64,000 nucleotides of DNA from the human T2T-CHM13v2.0 reference genome, Homo sapiens, in NCBI RefSeq assembly GCF_009914755.1, contig NC_060932.1; one strand, given 5' to 3'. Shown here one piece after another: positions 1 through 14,812 of this stretch (the first letter of the stretch is position 1; each line of letters begins with the position of its first letter). The notes under the pieces were generated by a model, which saw only the letters and a program-made list of their open reading frames with translations, was not told the origin of the DNA and did not search any database. Position numbers and translations under genes: made by a program.

Positions 1-1331
1 CCTTCAAATTTCAATTTGGAGTGAAGAGACCAGAAAATCTCTATCAAAGTTCTTAGGAAAGATATGATGAAATCTAAATAAAATGTTTTATCCACTTTCT
101 CAAAAAGCATTTTAGGAAAACCAAATTGTTCTTTCTTTCTGAAAGGTAAGGTCTTCAAAGGCTGCTATTCATTTCAATGTCGTTCAGCAAGTATTTCTAT
201 GATACACACAATAGGTTTAACACCGTGCTCAGGTCTCTGAAGGGTACAGAGCTATGAAATGAGAAACAATCCCACTGAGAGAAAGGACATAAACACATGA
301 CACAGGCAAGATGCCAGAAGTGTTATGAGTTAGTGCCCCGTTAAGCAGGATAGATGCAAAAAGCTTTATGGGCTCAGAGAAAGGATCTACAGTTCTCTCT
401 TGGGATTGGATGAAACAAAATCTTCTATAGCTGTTGACTAGTGGACCTTTCAACTGGGATCAGGGTGTGCTGGATGTGTGTTCTATAGAAGCAAGGTAGC
501 TTACTAAGCTCAAGAGAGAAAAAAGCTTGTCTTTCTTGGGATTCATAGCTTTTTTTTTTCCTATGCATCTTTGTGCTTCCCATGTAAAATTCTCAAACTC
601 AGTCACAGCAACATTTACCCTTTTTGTGAGTATTTTCTACATCTTCTCAACTTGCCTGGAAACCAAGACTACAAAATATTATTTCTAAAATCTCATTAAA
701 AACTTTGTCTTATTTTTTAGTCTAATCAGTTTGTTTTTCAAATGAATTTTCGTAGCTACTTTTGGAGTCCATGTGATAAATGGACTGGGACTCTATATGA
801 ACATGTTCCTCACTGTCTCGTGGACGGGACTGGAGAGAGACACGTAGACAGAATTTTGGAACTGTTGATAACACAATTAGATGTCACAGATGAACACGGG
901 AAAAATGATGAACACTACCTTGTAACACCGGGGATTATGACCTATCTCCTGAAGAACATGAAAATTATTTTGACTCTGTAACAGTTGATGGATTTGAGAT
1001 AACTGTGAAGACTCCCCTAAGAAAACCGAGGGTCCAGGAAAATGTATAACAAATAATGATATTACACTATCATCCTCCAGATGCTATTCAGGGAACAATG
1101 TTGTTGAATGATTTCCTTAAAAGAGTTGCTTATTGTATAAATGAGTGAGGTATATCTTTATTTACTATTACAAAGGATTTCCAGGGTATATTATGTAGTG
1201 AAAAAAGGTAAAAACATGTATGCTACAATTTATTTAAGAAAAGAAGTGTTATGGGAATATACGCATATTCATATTTATATATACATAAATATTACATGTA
1301 TACATGGTTTTTAATTTAAAAATAAACAATG

Positions 1332-1638
<307 letters not shown>

Positions 1639-3469
1639 TAATAAACAATGGAAGGTAAACTATAAGATAATAAATGATTACATATGTGGGGGGGGCTAGG
1701 TTAGAGGGGTTAGTAGGAAAAACTAAGCTTCTTTGAATAAACTTTGTTTTGCAACTCCGATTTAAAACATATAAACATTTTATATAATTAAAAAAATTAA
1801 TTTAAAAAAGGCAACTTCTAAAAGTAAAAGGAAAATGAAACAAATGAACCTGTATAGTCAGATGATGTAAGCACACACAGCCAGACATTATTCCAAATGA
1901 CGTTAAGGCCCACCATTAAGGTTTGACTGCATAACCCTTGTAGGGTAGACATTCATCATTTTGCCGGTGCTAGTTTTGATATGGATGACCTGAGACTGTT
2001 GTTTGTGTAATGTGGGATAAAGCACATGAAAAATCACACAACTGTAATTGAGAACCACTTAATTTTTTTTCAGTGATTTCAAAAAGGCTAAAAAAAAATG
2101 ATATTGACAAAAATTTACCTGGCAAAAAGAAGCAGTAAGAAAAGCAAGGGTTACAATTCTGACAACAAAAAAACATTAAAACCAAAAAGTATAAGATGGG
2201 ATAAAAGATACTTCGTAATGTTAAAAGCTACATTTGATGTAACACCAATACATTAAATAACACAGCACTCATGTGAAACAAAAACTACACAGATGCAAGG
2301 ATTTGGGTAGAAACCCAGTCATATAAGAGATTTTAATATATGACTCTTAATTCAGGACAGATCAAGTGTTCCAAAAGTAAGCAATTATATTTTAAAAAGT
2401 CTAAGCAATGTAATAAATAAGGTAGCTCTTTTGTTTGTATGCATTATACCCTAATAATGGAGACTATTTCCTCTTTTCAAATTTGGGTGGCAATATAAAT
2501 ATGGGTGTAGCTTTCAAATACAGATGCTTGGGTTTCACCTGGGATCATATGATTCCAAGGTCTGAAAAGCTGCCCATATTATTCTGACTTTCATCAGCAT
2601 CTGAAGTCACTGACAAAGGAGAGAGAATCAACAACACTGGCAGTGCCTGAATTTTGAGAGAAATCTGAACAAAACATTTGATACTGAGATTGCTTTAGAT
2701 CATCCTGGACAGAGAGTTTTTATAAACATCCCTGATTATTCTCTGTCAAGACCATTTAACTGTTTTCTGAATATCGTTTCAATAAATATGCTTATTTGCT
2801 AGTTATATAGTATATAATTAGTTATGCCTGGCTATCTATTTATTTCTATCTCTAAGCTATCTTTCAGATGAAATATGTATATTATGGCAGAATTATTAAC
2901 ATTCTTCACCAAGTTTGAATATTGGTCTCTAGCATCACAGTAAATAAAATTTGTGCTCTCAACTTGTCCACAGAAATAGATACCACAATAAAATAAAATA
3001 ATACAAAATAAACAGTGGCATATTTCACACCCATGACTTGAATCCTATTATTCTAAATGGCTTACCTGTTGTATATTATACCCTGTGAATTTGTGCCATG
3101 TTAATTGGACCTTGTTCCAAAAAGTGACTGAGTTTATACAGCTGGAAAATGCAAGCAACCTGGTTGGACTCTGGGTGTTTTGTTGGTATATTAGTTATAA
3201 CATCCTGGCGATGACACCAGGTGCATGCCCATGGAGTGGAAATGTTTTCCATTTCTCTAGTTTTTTTTTTTTTGTCATTTTCTGCAGGTGCCATGGAAGG
3301 CAAATGAATGCTGTTGGTGATCTCCAGGCTATTAGAGAATCCAGCCATTATATATGGCATCTGAAACTTTGTGAATGAGGGCTCCTTATGGCTAGTGATC
3401 AGGTGTGTTTCCCAGCAGCCTTCAGGATATGTTAGGTGCTAAAAGATAATCTTTGATTCCTCTGAGTGA

Positions 3470-3859
<390 letters not shown>

Positions 3860-5103
3860 GGGTTTTTTTTTAACCTCAGCATAGAGTCAACTGGAGAGTT
3901 TAGCGATGGACATCCTTTCAGTGTGGAATCATGGACATTTATCTTAGTTAGAGCTGATTTAAAACACCAAAAACCCATCTCTCTTTACAAGGTTTCCCTG
4001 GCTACATCTTAGCAAAATGACATAACTGCTTTTTGGCAGGCAGTGTGGCACTAGCTTTACATTTGAAATTTCACAGCATTGTCATTTTTTTCAACTCCCA
4101 CATTTGTTTCATGAATGCAATTCATAAAGTTATATACCTTGCTACATGTGAACGTAAGTGTTTTAAGAGCTCACAACTTAGATAATCAGGCGTACAACTT
4201 ACTTGGTGATAGTTTTGAAGATAGAATTGGAATATTGGTCATCATAAAAACTTAAGGAATGGCTCATATATTTGCCTCCATTTCTTTCTTTGTATTTTTA
4301 CAAAAAAAATTCTTTGTTTTTAACAAATTGTAATGGGTGAAGAGGAACATTTAGTACCTCAAGGGGAGATGGATAATTATCTTCACCCTGAGATAATACC
4401 ATTGTTAAGGTTACCAAATGCTAACTATGTTGTCCCCAAAATAAGCTGAGAGTGCATCAGTTTAAGTCACGTTTCTCTTTAAAGTCTTATTTGCCAAAAA
4501 ATTAGATTTCTAAAAGAAAAATTGAACAAAACAGGCACGTTCTAGGTGACAGAAATGTTTCATTCTTGTTTGTATGAGAATGTCAAAATTAATATCTATT
4601 GACCACCTGCAAAGGGCAAGGTTTGTTTGAGGTATTCTACTTGTGTCATATAATTAAATCTCCTCCACCTGTTATGAGGTAGGATGCAAAAGGACAGGTA
4701 ACTTGTAAGGAGCAATGGGCACACAGCTTTATGAGGCCAGGTCTGTCAAGCTCCATCAGCCTTTCATTATATATTGTTTGAACTAGAGACTGAAGTAGTC
4801 TCAAACATTGCAAAAAACAGAAAGAAGGGTATCGCTAGTCCTTCAAAGAACAAATTCTTTTGAACTGGAAATTTTATTTTCCTTTTTTTAGTTAGAAGAA
4901 ATTATGGTAGTTACATGGTTAGAGTCTTAACTTGCTAAAACATTCCAGAGCCTAGGTTGACATCTCACTAGATCCTTTCACTCTTTTGACCACATATGTG
5001 TAAATGCATGCTGTATTCAATGTGTGTTTCTGATGCTTGTCTGTTTATTTGTTTGTATTTGAGCTTTTCCGTTAACTTAGAGAGGTACCTGGATGTAGGG
5101 ACT

Positions 5104-5164
5104 GTATTAGTCATGGTTCTCTAACCATGCAGAACCACCAGAATGTGTGTGCATCTCTATCTAC

Positions 5165-5217
<53 letters not shown>

Positions 5218-5620
5218 ATTTATCTATCTCTATCTATCTATCATGAGAGATTTATTTTAAGGAATTGGCTCACAATTCCTTAAAATTGTGATTGTGGAGA
5301 AGTAGATTCAAATACTGCAGTGTGGGCTGGCAGGCTTGAACCCAAAGAAAATCTGCAGTCCATGTCCAAGTCCAAAGGCCATCTGCTGGTATAATTACTT
5401 CTTGCTTGGGGAGGTCAGTCTGTTCTATTGAGGCCTTTAACAGATTTGATGAGACCCGTCCACATTATGGAAGGCAATCTGCTTTCCTGAGAGTCCACAG
5501 ATTCAAATCTGATCTTATCCAAAAAAAAAAAACACCTTCTCAGGAACACTTAGAATACTGTTTGACCAAGTATTTGGGCCCCATGGCCCTGTCAAGTAAC
5601 CACATGCAATAACCATCATA
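5104..5620 (-). mobile_element. MLT2-family (ERVL) solo LTR with internal (TCTA)n
   Basis: tgtattagtcatggttctct...gagatttattttaaggaattggctcac...taaccatcata resemble MLT2 termini and core. Confidence 0.8.
5157..5243. repeat. (TCTG)n(TCTA)n tetranucleotide STR
   Basis: Direct reading: about 10 uninterrupted TCTA units plus degenerate flanks. Confidence 0.95.
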
Positions 5621-8600
5621 GCGTGTAACCATCATATCATGAAACTTCTTTCAACAACCGAATGAACAGGGGCTTATAGAATATGGGGTTCACTGAGGTA
5701 CAAGAAAATTTCTCTCCTCCCAGAATCAGGAGCAGGAAAATGGTAGTTACTTTCTGATCCTTCAAGAAGCCATTTACCCTCAGTAAACTGGAGTCCACTG
5801 CATGGAGGCCCACTGCCCTCTAACTACCTGACTTCCCCGCGGCTCTGCACGAAGGTGTCTTAAGATGTCTGGGGCAAATGGAAGATGGTCTTCCCTTAGC
5901 CCACTGTCCAGGATCCCTCAAGTGCCCAGAGTGTGGAAGTGGACATCTTTGCATTCCCTGACATTCTCCACAGATTTGCCATCAGCCTGAGCTTTGAATA
6001 GTTGTGATTTAATACTGAGGTTGCTAGCATGTGGGGTACAGGGAATAGGAGTTAGAATCCTGATCTTCTTAAGAACTCTTAGCCTATTTTATGGGATTGG
6101 AATACCCAGCTAGTTGTTACAGAGCATGACTCTAGAAGATGTGAGCAAAGCTCCCCTTCCTTTCATTTTTCACTTGACCATTATTTTACCATTTCTTTGT
6201 TAAAAAATGTTTCTTCTGCTTCCAATTGTTAAGTCAGAAATAAAAAGAAAAATGTTACTCCTGCACGGGTATAATCCCATAAAATTTGGAAGGGACTGAT
6301 GAACAGACATTGGTGTATAGTTGCTTACCTCTTTGTTCATCTTTTCTCTCTGGAAACTCTGACTACTATGTTACTAGAGTAGCCCTTGATGGCCACACCC
6401 CGTTCTACCTAGATCAGCTTCACAGAGCCCACTGAGGTTTGTTAAGTTCCTTATGTTTAACAACATTATCTGTCCTATAGCATAAACAATTAGTACATAT
6501 AATTTTATAATGCTAATGAAGAAGATAAGCTACCAATGAAGCTAAAAGCTCTAGTTCTACCAAGTATTTGAATAGTTGTAGTATTTACGCAAATAATTTC
6601 ACTTGGCACTTCAACCTATGTTCCTTAACAATTTAGCTATTTTTTCCTGTCTTTATATACTCTGGGCAATAACTTTTGCTTCCTTCACTGCCTTTACCTA
6701 GAAAGAAATGTGGCTCTATACAAGATTGAATTTGTTTTTATTAACTTGGAGCTCTTTCTAAAGTTTAGTTGTACATATAGCCTGCTAACATGGTATGCCA
6801 TCATAAATAAACAACTCATATTCTTACTCATACATTCTCTTTCTTCATTCTGTGATGCAAAACTTGGGTTGGTATCTGTGGGAGTTATGTATATGCTTCC
6901 AAAAGAGGCCAAATTCTCACAGGATATCAAAATAGCCTAGTGAGATAGTATCAGCAATGGGGGTTCAGTGGCAGAGATGGAGTCGACTGCTGGCATCTGA
7001 ATTATGTATTAATAAAAGTTAGATTCATGCAGTATGCTAGTAGTAGCAGACTGTGTTGTTCATAAAAGCCTTAAATTCAAACAAATTCTCTGTATGTATT
7101 TCAATCTTATGCCAGAAAGACATGCTGTACATAAAAAAGACTGTTTCTTTCACAGCCATTGTACTGTAAAGAAAATAAGATTCTATTTTGTTTGGTGGCT
7201 TTGCTAGGAAAAAAATAGCACTCGCTCCTAGAACAACTTTTTGCAACATACTTTGATCCCAAGGACTACATGCATGCCATTTGCCATGGTTAGGTTGATG
7301 CTGAAAAGTAAGTGGTGACTTCAGCTATATTATTTAAGGTGGCAATAAGAAAGTCATTTGTGATGCAGTGTGATAGCGAAAGCATTTTTTTCTCTGAATT
7401 GCAGTGTGAACGAGAGTTGAAAAACATTTGTCAGTATTCCAGTTGGCAAGTGGTACCATTTTAATAAGTCAGTATTGCCGAGAGTCCAGGTAAAAGCTCA
7501 TGTGAAAGTGAAATGCACTGATGAAAGCTCAGGCCAATGAACGCTTTCACCACTAGAAACAGTATGCCTATGTGTCTAGAGCACATATATGAGAAGCCTT
7601 TCAGAATGATGCACACGCCTGACCATATGCTCTAGTGAATGCCATTAAAATCCCTTCTGGTTTTTCAGAAAAAATAAACATAATTACATTTGGCACCAGC
7701 ATGAACTTATTTTAGAATAAAAAAGATACTAAACAATGTTTCAAAATGACTGGGGTTCTAGAGTACCCTGCTTCTCATAAGCAATCAGCCTGAGAAGATG
7801 AGAACTCAGGTGGCTGTTTTGATCCCAGCATAAAGATTTTAGAAAGGGTATTTCTGAACATTCATAATACTTAATCCTATTATTTGGGCAATTATTTCCT
7901 TACACATGGCAGGTGATCACTTTGTAAATAGATTTTTTAAGTCCCACCACTCTATCTTTTGCTTCTTGCCTTTGTTATGATTGAATTTGATTGTCAAAGT
8001 GCTGTTCCCGGAGACCATTGAGATCCCCTTCATAGGCGTGATGTCTCTTGAAACTCACCATATATTGAATTATTTTTTTCCTTCTATTGGGAAACAGCTG
8101 GAAATAAATTGACTGTTAACTATTGTTCCCAAGCAAGTTCCACCAAGGTCCATGTGTTCCTTTTTCAGAAAGGTAAATTTCACATTATGGCAAGAAATGA
8201 AACATGTAATGTTTGCACTGTTTCTGTGGAAAATCCCTGTTCCAACACTGTGCCTGCTTGCTGTTTAATGTTGTTCCTGGAGAAGAGGGAAGGCTCGGTC
8301 CAACATGCCACAGAAGATTCACAACTGCAGATCACCACTGTTGATGATAGAAAAGGGCATAAAAGGTGGCACCATTCCATTCTGCTGGCTTTGAGGCAGA
8401 ACCTGTTAGCAGGCCAAGCCTTTGTTTTTGCCACCCCAAGTAGTAAGAGGTTCAAATCTGCGCAAATGCATGGAAGAATAGGAAACACACATACAGAGGG
8501 CCAAACCCAGGGTGGTGATTTTTAAATGCTGTGAAGTATAGTTTCATATAGAGAATTAAGAGATAGCAGAATAAACCCTTGTTGGTTGTTTCTAGGTCTT

Positions 8601-9653
8601 TTGCTACCCTGAAGCATCCTCATCTTTGCTTATTTTAAAACAACCAAAATAAAGCCAGTTTAGAGAAGGGAGAAGCCCCTGATCTTGAACAAGCACATAG
8701 TATGAGGTTCTATCCATTTTGTTTTGCTGTGGTGTGCTTTGCAGCTTTCCTTAGAATTGTTACTGCTGCCAACTCAAGCCAGGCCTGTCTTCCCATGTCT
8801 GCACTTCACCAGCATCCTTATTATAGGGCCCTCCTGCCAGGCTGCTTCCTGTAATGATTATCCCCAAACCCACCTTTAACAAATTATCAACACTATTTGT
8901 AATTTTAATAACAAAATGTAACATTTTCTGCCATCCTAGACTATTTTATTATTGCTCAAATCAGTCTCCAACCTAAACTATTTTAAGTCAACATTTTCTA
9001 TACCTGCACAGCCCCCTCTTGCAGTACTAATCACATTAGTAATTAACATTTTAAGATCTGCAACCATTTCTGAGCTGTATGCTCTGGGAGGGAAGAAGTC
9101 GTGTCATATGTATGCTTCTTCGTCAGTACATGGCACCGGACAGACATAGGACTTCAAATATCTGTGAAATGGGTAAAGTTAAGTGTGAGTTCAAATTACA
9201 TATTTCAAAGTTTAGATATCCCCAGCCATTTTTAAAACTGGTAGAATCAGGGATTCAAAAGGTTGGGTGTGCGAAACATTCACTAACATTTCCAGGTTTT
9301 AACTGATTCAAGTTCATATCTTGAGCTTGACATTTTGATGCTTTTCATTGAACTTAGGATTTGACAGATAATTTCAAGCTGAAAGCTCACTTACCGCATA
9401 TTGCCTTCCTTCACACTATTCAGCAAGACTTGGTTTCTGGGTGTTCCTCACCAAAGCTCTGACTTGGAGTCTTGTGGAGGTAGCTCAGTTATAATTAAAT
9501 AAAAACATTGTATAATTGAACAATATTTGTCAACTCAGTTTCAAGAACAGTTTGTATCTTCTTCTCTAAAACTAGTCTATAAATTACAGAGTGAGCACAA
9601 CCATACTATATCGAGACCAAGAGAAAAACTTATAGATGTCATCAATACAATAA

Positions 9654-9980
<327 letters not shown>

Positions 9981-10268
9981 TTTGTTTGCTTTTAAAATGC
10001 ATATATTAATAGTTTCTGTCAGTGTTTTGGTTCCTATGATATGGTAATATATAGACTCAGTTCAGACATGTCATCCTCATGCATGGCTTCTCAATAACCA
10101 ACCTTAGAAAGATCCGTAAAGTTATTTAATTTTATTTTAAGCTTTCACTTCCAATTCTGTTTTCTTTTGCCTCATAAGCACATGTTAATTTTATCTTCCT
10201 AAAATTCTACTGGTTCTCAGGCATAACAGCAGATTCTCATTCACATGATTCCAGATATCTCTCTCTCT

Positions 10269-10302
10269 TCTATGTATCTATGTATCCATGTATCTATCTA
10301 TC

Positions 10303-10346
<44 letters not shown>

Positions 10347-10370
10347 CTCTGTCTTCTATCATTTATCTAT
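10269..10370. repeat. (TCTA)n STR
   Basis: Direct reading. Confidence 0.95.
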
Positions 10371-12452
10371 TGAATTAAAAAGTAAAGGAAGCAGGAATGA
10401 TATTCTTGAGACTCCTCTGAAGATTCCAGCAGCTCGCTGCTATAGTTATTTCAGGTTCTTAAATGCCTGTGGTAACTCATTCTTACTAATCCATCTGGCC
10501 AACAGATTTTATTGGTATTAACACTTCTGTGCCACAAGTCAAAATTTAGTTTCTGCTCTCATTTTCTGTAAGAATCTTATTGTGGATAATGGTGAGGAGG
10601 TGTTAACGGGAACCCAGTCCAACTTTTATACTTTGCAGAAAGTGAAGCCGTAGGCATTGAACTCTAATTACACCTAAATTGTCTCGAGCAGTTTCCGAAG
10701 TCTAGTAACAGTAGCCAATCAAATCAACATCTACATGGTTCCCATGGAATACTTTTCACTCTCCTTTATCTGGACTCAGAAACTGAATTAACTGACAGCA
10801 AGTTAGCATGCTAGGGAAAGAATCCTGGCTTTCAGGTTTGTCACACCATCTTGGGGGACAGAGTTCATTGAATAGCCTGCCTAGACACCCAGGGATGCAC
10901 CTCCTCAGTGCTTTGCCTCAACTTTACTCCGTGGTTAACCTTTGCCCTGAATGCAAATAGAAATCCATGCCATGGTAAAAGCAGGCCATTGCCCAGAAAT
11001 AGGAGAGTAGTTGAATGGATACTGCTGGCCTACTGAAACTTACAGCAGAATGAGAAAAACTTTTCCACTCCATGGATATAAAGGACATTTAAAATTAATT
11101 AGTTTTAACATTGCTTCATTATTTTCTTTTGCAAACAAGATATTATCTAATTCCGTGGAAATATTCTATAAATATTTGTGAGCCAGCCCTCATATGTACA
11201 GTCACATGGACATCCTCGTGCACACAGCATTTACACACATGCACTGGATAAGCACAGGCTGTGTCTACACAGGGGGCGAGTATGTAGAAAATGCAGGGGC
11301 TGGAAAGATAAGGAACTATTTGAAATTATGTTTGCTGTTTCTATTTTTTGTTTTCCTATGTGGATCAGGTTTATCTCTCAGAATAGAATTGTCCAAATGT
11401 TTTAGCATGTGGTGTGGTAAGGACAGGCAATATGAAATCTAGTCATCTGGAATTAAAATTTCCTGCTCTGAATCTTAGAGGCTGTGGGGAGTTGAGCAAA
11501 TGATATAACCTCTCTGAATCTTAGTGTCCTCTTTTGTAAATAGGGAGAATTATGTGTATCTCATATGGCTCCAGTAAGGATTTAAAATAACTTATGTAAA
11601 ATGTCTGGCAGAGAATCTCCTTACCTCAACAAACAGGCCTATTGTTCTTGTCCATGTTTTCAGTATTAAACCAGATAAATTTTGACTCTTAACTTTTGAC
11701 TTGGTTTTGGATGTAAGATTCGGTTAGTTTTAAGTAAAAAGTCAAAATTCTTAGATATGTTAGGCGCATATTTAAGACATTTTCTTGTTGTAACTCTGAA
11801 AATGAATGGGCCCATGAAAATCTCTGCAAAGTTCACAAGGTATGAGCCTTAAAGTGGATATCCGCAGAGAATGAATGAGCACTCAAAAGTAAAAAATGAA
11901 CAAAAATAAAAATAATGCAAAATAACTGTACTGTCCCTTGAAAGTATTTCAGACTATAGTATTATATAACATGGAGTGGTTGCTGGTTTTTCTGTAGAGA
12001 ACAAGAAGCCATAATGGATAATCATTGGAACATATAAAATCTGATGTTTTCTTAGAGTTCACTGATTAGACTCTGTACAGAATTGGTCCTGGTATGGAAC
12101 TCAGCATCTCTGCAAGGAACACTGGACATAGAATTTAGTCTCCCAATTTGCCCTATTATGTTTTCAAAGCTCTCTCTCAGGTGTGCTGGTTACTTAATGT
12201 TCTTTCATAATCGTTTACTCTGTTAAGTTGACATTTGATGCCACTCAAATCACTTCAGCTATTTTGTCCTTCTTTGGAGAGGTTTGCTGCTGATCACAGA
12301 ATGACAGTGCCCATGGGCTCATTAAAAAGAGTGCAAATTTTGCCTAAAAAATAAAAAAAGCTCCAGTATGTCTTTGGAAACACCAACATGCACACACTCT
12401 CTCCCCACCGAATGCCACCACCTGGCCACTGCCATAGAATTTTGTCGTTTGT

Positions 12453-12561
12453 GAGAATGGCTTGAACCTAGGAGGCAGAGGTTGCAGTGAGCCGAGATTG
12501 CACCACTGCACTCCAGCCTGGGTGACAAAGCGAGACTCCGTCTCAAAAAACTAATAAAAAA
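12453..12561 (+). mobile_element. 5'-truncated Alu (3' part of right arm)
   Basis: gagaatggcttgaacc...gtctcaaaaaa, flanked by a ~19-bp TSD (agaattttgtc-gt/cc-ttgtga at 12436-12454 and 12562-12580). Confidence 0.92.
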
Positions 12562-14099
12562 AGAATTTTGTCCCTTGTGATTGAGCTATTCTTTTATAAG
12601 TCAAGTGGTTTAAGAACTAATTTCAAAATAGTTTTATAATATGCTTATTTAATAACTCTTAGTCATAGAAAAATTGGTTTCATTTTTAAGTTAAAATCAA
12701 CCCTTAACTCTCTTCTTCAAAGAGGCATGCATAAACTTTTGGAGTTAATGGATGTGTTTGTTACATGGATTGTGGTTGTGGCTTCATGCCATGTCCAAAC
12801 CCCTCAAATTGTATATATCAAATATGCAAGATTTTTGCAAATCAATTACACCTCAATAAAGCTATTAAAATAAATAAATTAAAAACTCTCTTCTTATACT
12901 TTTCTTAAATGAAATACCAAAATAATCAATTAACCAATACTTAATATTTGCATCAACTCAAGGAAGGAGTACACTTTAAATATTCTAGACTATGAATAGG
13001 ACTAATATTGATTTGCTGTACTCCAGACAATGTTGCTTGGTAACAATATTCCTTACATAAAATGTGAATATTAAGATAGATTACAAACGAAGTCTGGAAT
13101 TTTCTTCAGAATCTAAGATGGCACATTTTAAAACCTCTTAATGGCAGACAGATGGGTTGGATAGCATCAGAAGCTTCTTTCCAACCCTTTAATTCTTAGA
13201 GTATTTTTACAAAAACAAAAGTGTGTGTGTATGTGTGTTTGGTGTTTGTGTGTGTGCAGAGAGAGAGAATGCTGAATACCAGGCCGATATTTTAGATTTT
13301 AAAAATAGATGTCTGACTTAGAGTTCTGTTTGCTAATGTTAATAATTTTCAGAAAGATAGTTCATATTTGGCTCAGCTGTAGTAATTATTATAATGGGGA
13401 TTAACTTATGTCTAGACATGAACATTTTGCCTTTGCTCTGAGTGGTATTATTACTTCAGAAATTTTAATACACCATGAATATGAACCTGTAGCACACCGA
13501 TGTATCCCAGTTTGACTGTAACACTTTCTGAGCCTTACAGATCTCTTACCTACTAGCTTTGTGATGATTGCTGAGTCCTAACTGTTCTTTCACAGGTGTA
13601 AATGTGAAGCCTTAGGGGATTCAGCTTACAAGGAAGGTAGATTCTTAAAAATAAAACCCTCACTCTCCAATTATAAACAATCCCAATGAGAGAAAAGGGA
13701 AAAGTATTTAATAAAGTCACTGACTACATAGAGATTTCTTTGATGAACTAGAATTTTGAAAGCTGCATTCTAAAATGCATAAAGGGGCAAAATTAAGAAC
13801 CCATAAAAATGAATAGCAGGAACTTTCCAAAAAGGTCTCTGTAAGGCTAAAAGCTCCATACTACTGCAGACATGGAAAATGCTAATGGCCATTAAAAGCA
13901 AAGACAAAGGAAGGAGTTCCCTGCTTTGATCAAATAGATATAAGAGCAAGGAAAAAATACAACTGCTAAACTTTGACTGGACTTTTAATGAAAAGTCTCT
14001 AACTTGGAAATATAAAGGCAAATAAGGTGGAATTTCAATCTAAGAAACTGAGGATTTTGTGAGATAAAATATGTGGCTTAGGATGTAGCCCAAATATTT

Positions 14100-14812
14100 A
14101 GGATTATTCTCCTTGCCTTCATTTCCAACATCGCCATCAGGGTCACCACCTTCTCTTGCCCAGACTCATGTACTAGTCTCTTACATAGTCTCTCCTGGCT
14201 TTTACTATTACTTCCTTGCCATCCTTCTTTTGCAGAACAGTCAAGGAAATCTTTTAGAAACATAAACTGGAACATGTTATCTCCTGCTTTAAATCCTCAC
14301 ATGGCTTCACATCCCTGCCTGAGGGAACCACCTATCTTTTCATCCTTCATCCATTCTGTGCTTCCCCCAGGTCCCAACAGCCCAGGGAGCTTCTCTCTGC
14401 TCCAAGCTTGACCACTCCAAACTCATTTCCACTGTAGGTCCTTGAAATGGTTATGGTAGTGAGCCCCTCTGCTTGCAGTGCTTTCTCTCCTGATATCCAC
14501 CAGCTTAGGAGAGTATCTTTTTGTCATTCAGATCTCAGCCTGAATATTACTTTCTTGGAGAGCCTTTCGCTGGCCACCCTATCTAGAATGACCACCCATT
14601 CAGTCTCTTCAGAGGACTGAGCATGTCATTGCTTTATTTCTCATTTGTGTTCATTGTCTGTCTTGTCTCATTAGACATCTCTGAAAGTAGGCTCCATATG
14701 GATAGGTGCCCTATTTTATTCATTGCTGTCTCTTCCCAGTCCCTAGAACAATGGCTGGTTAGATAATAAGCACTCAGTAAATGTTTTTAGATGACTGAGA
14801 GACAGACTGAAT
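14100..14812 (+). mobile_element. L2 (L2a-like) 3' fragment
   Basis: Pyrimidine-rich L2 body ending in ...cctagaacaatggctgg...gcactcagtaaatgttt...tgaat. Confidence 0.7.

Noticed and set aside
8109-8525. Overlapping 138-aa and 102-aa ORFs in unique sequence
   Set aside because: Non-ATG start for the longer ORF, no recognisable domain, and no phase-compatible splice sites.
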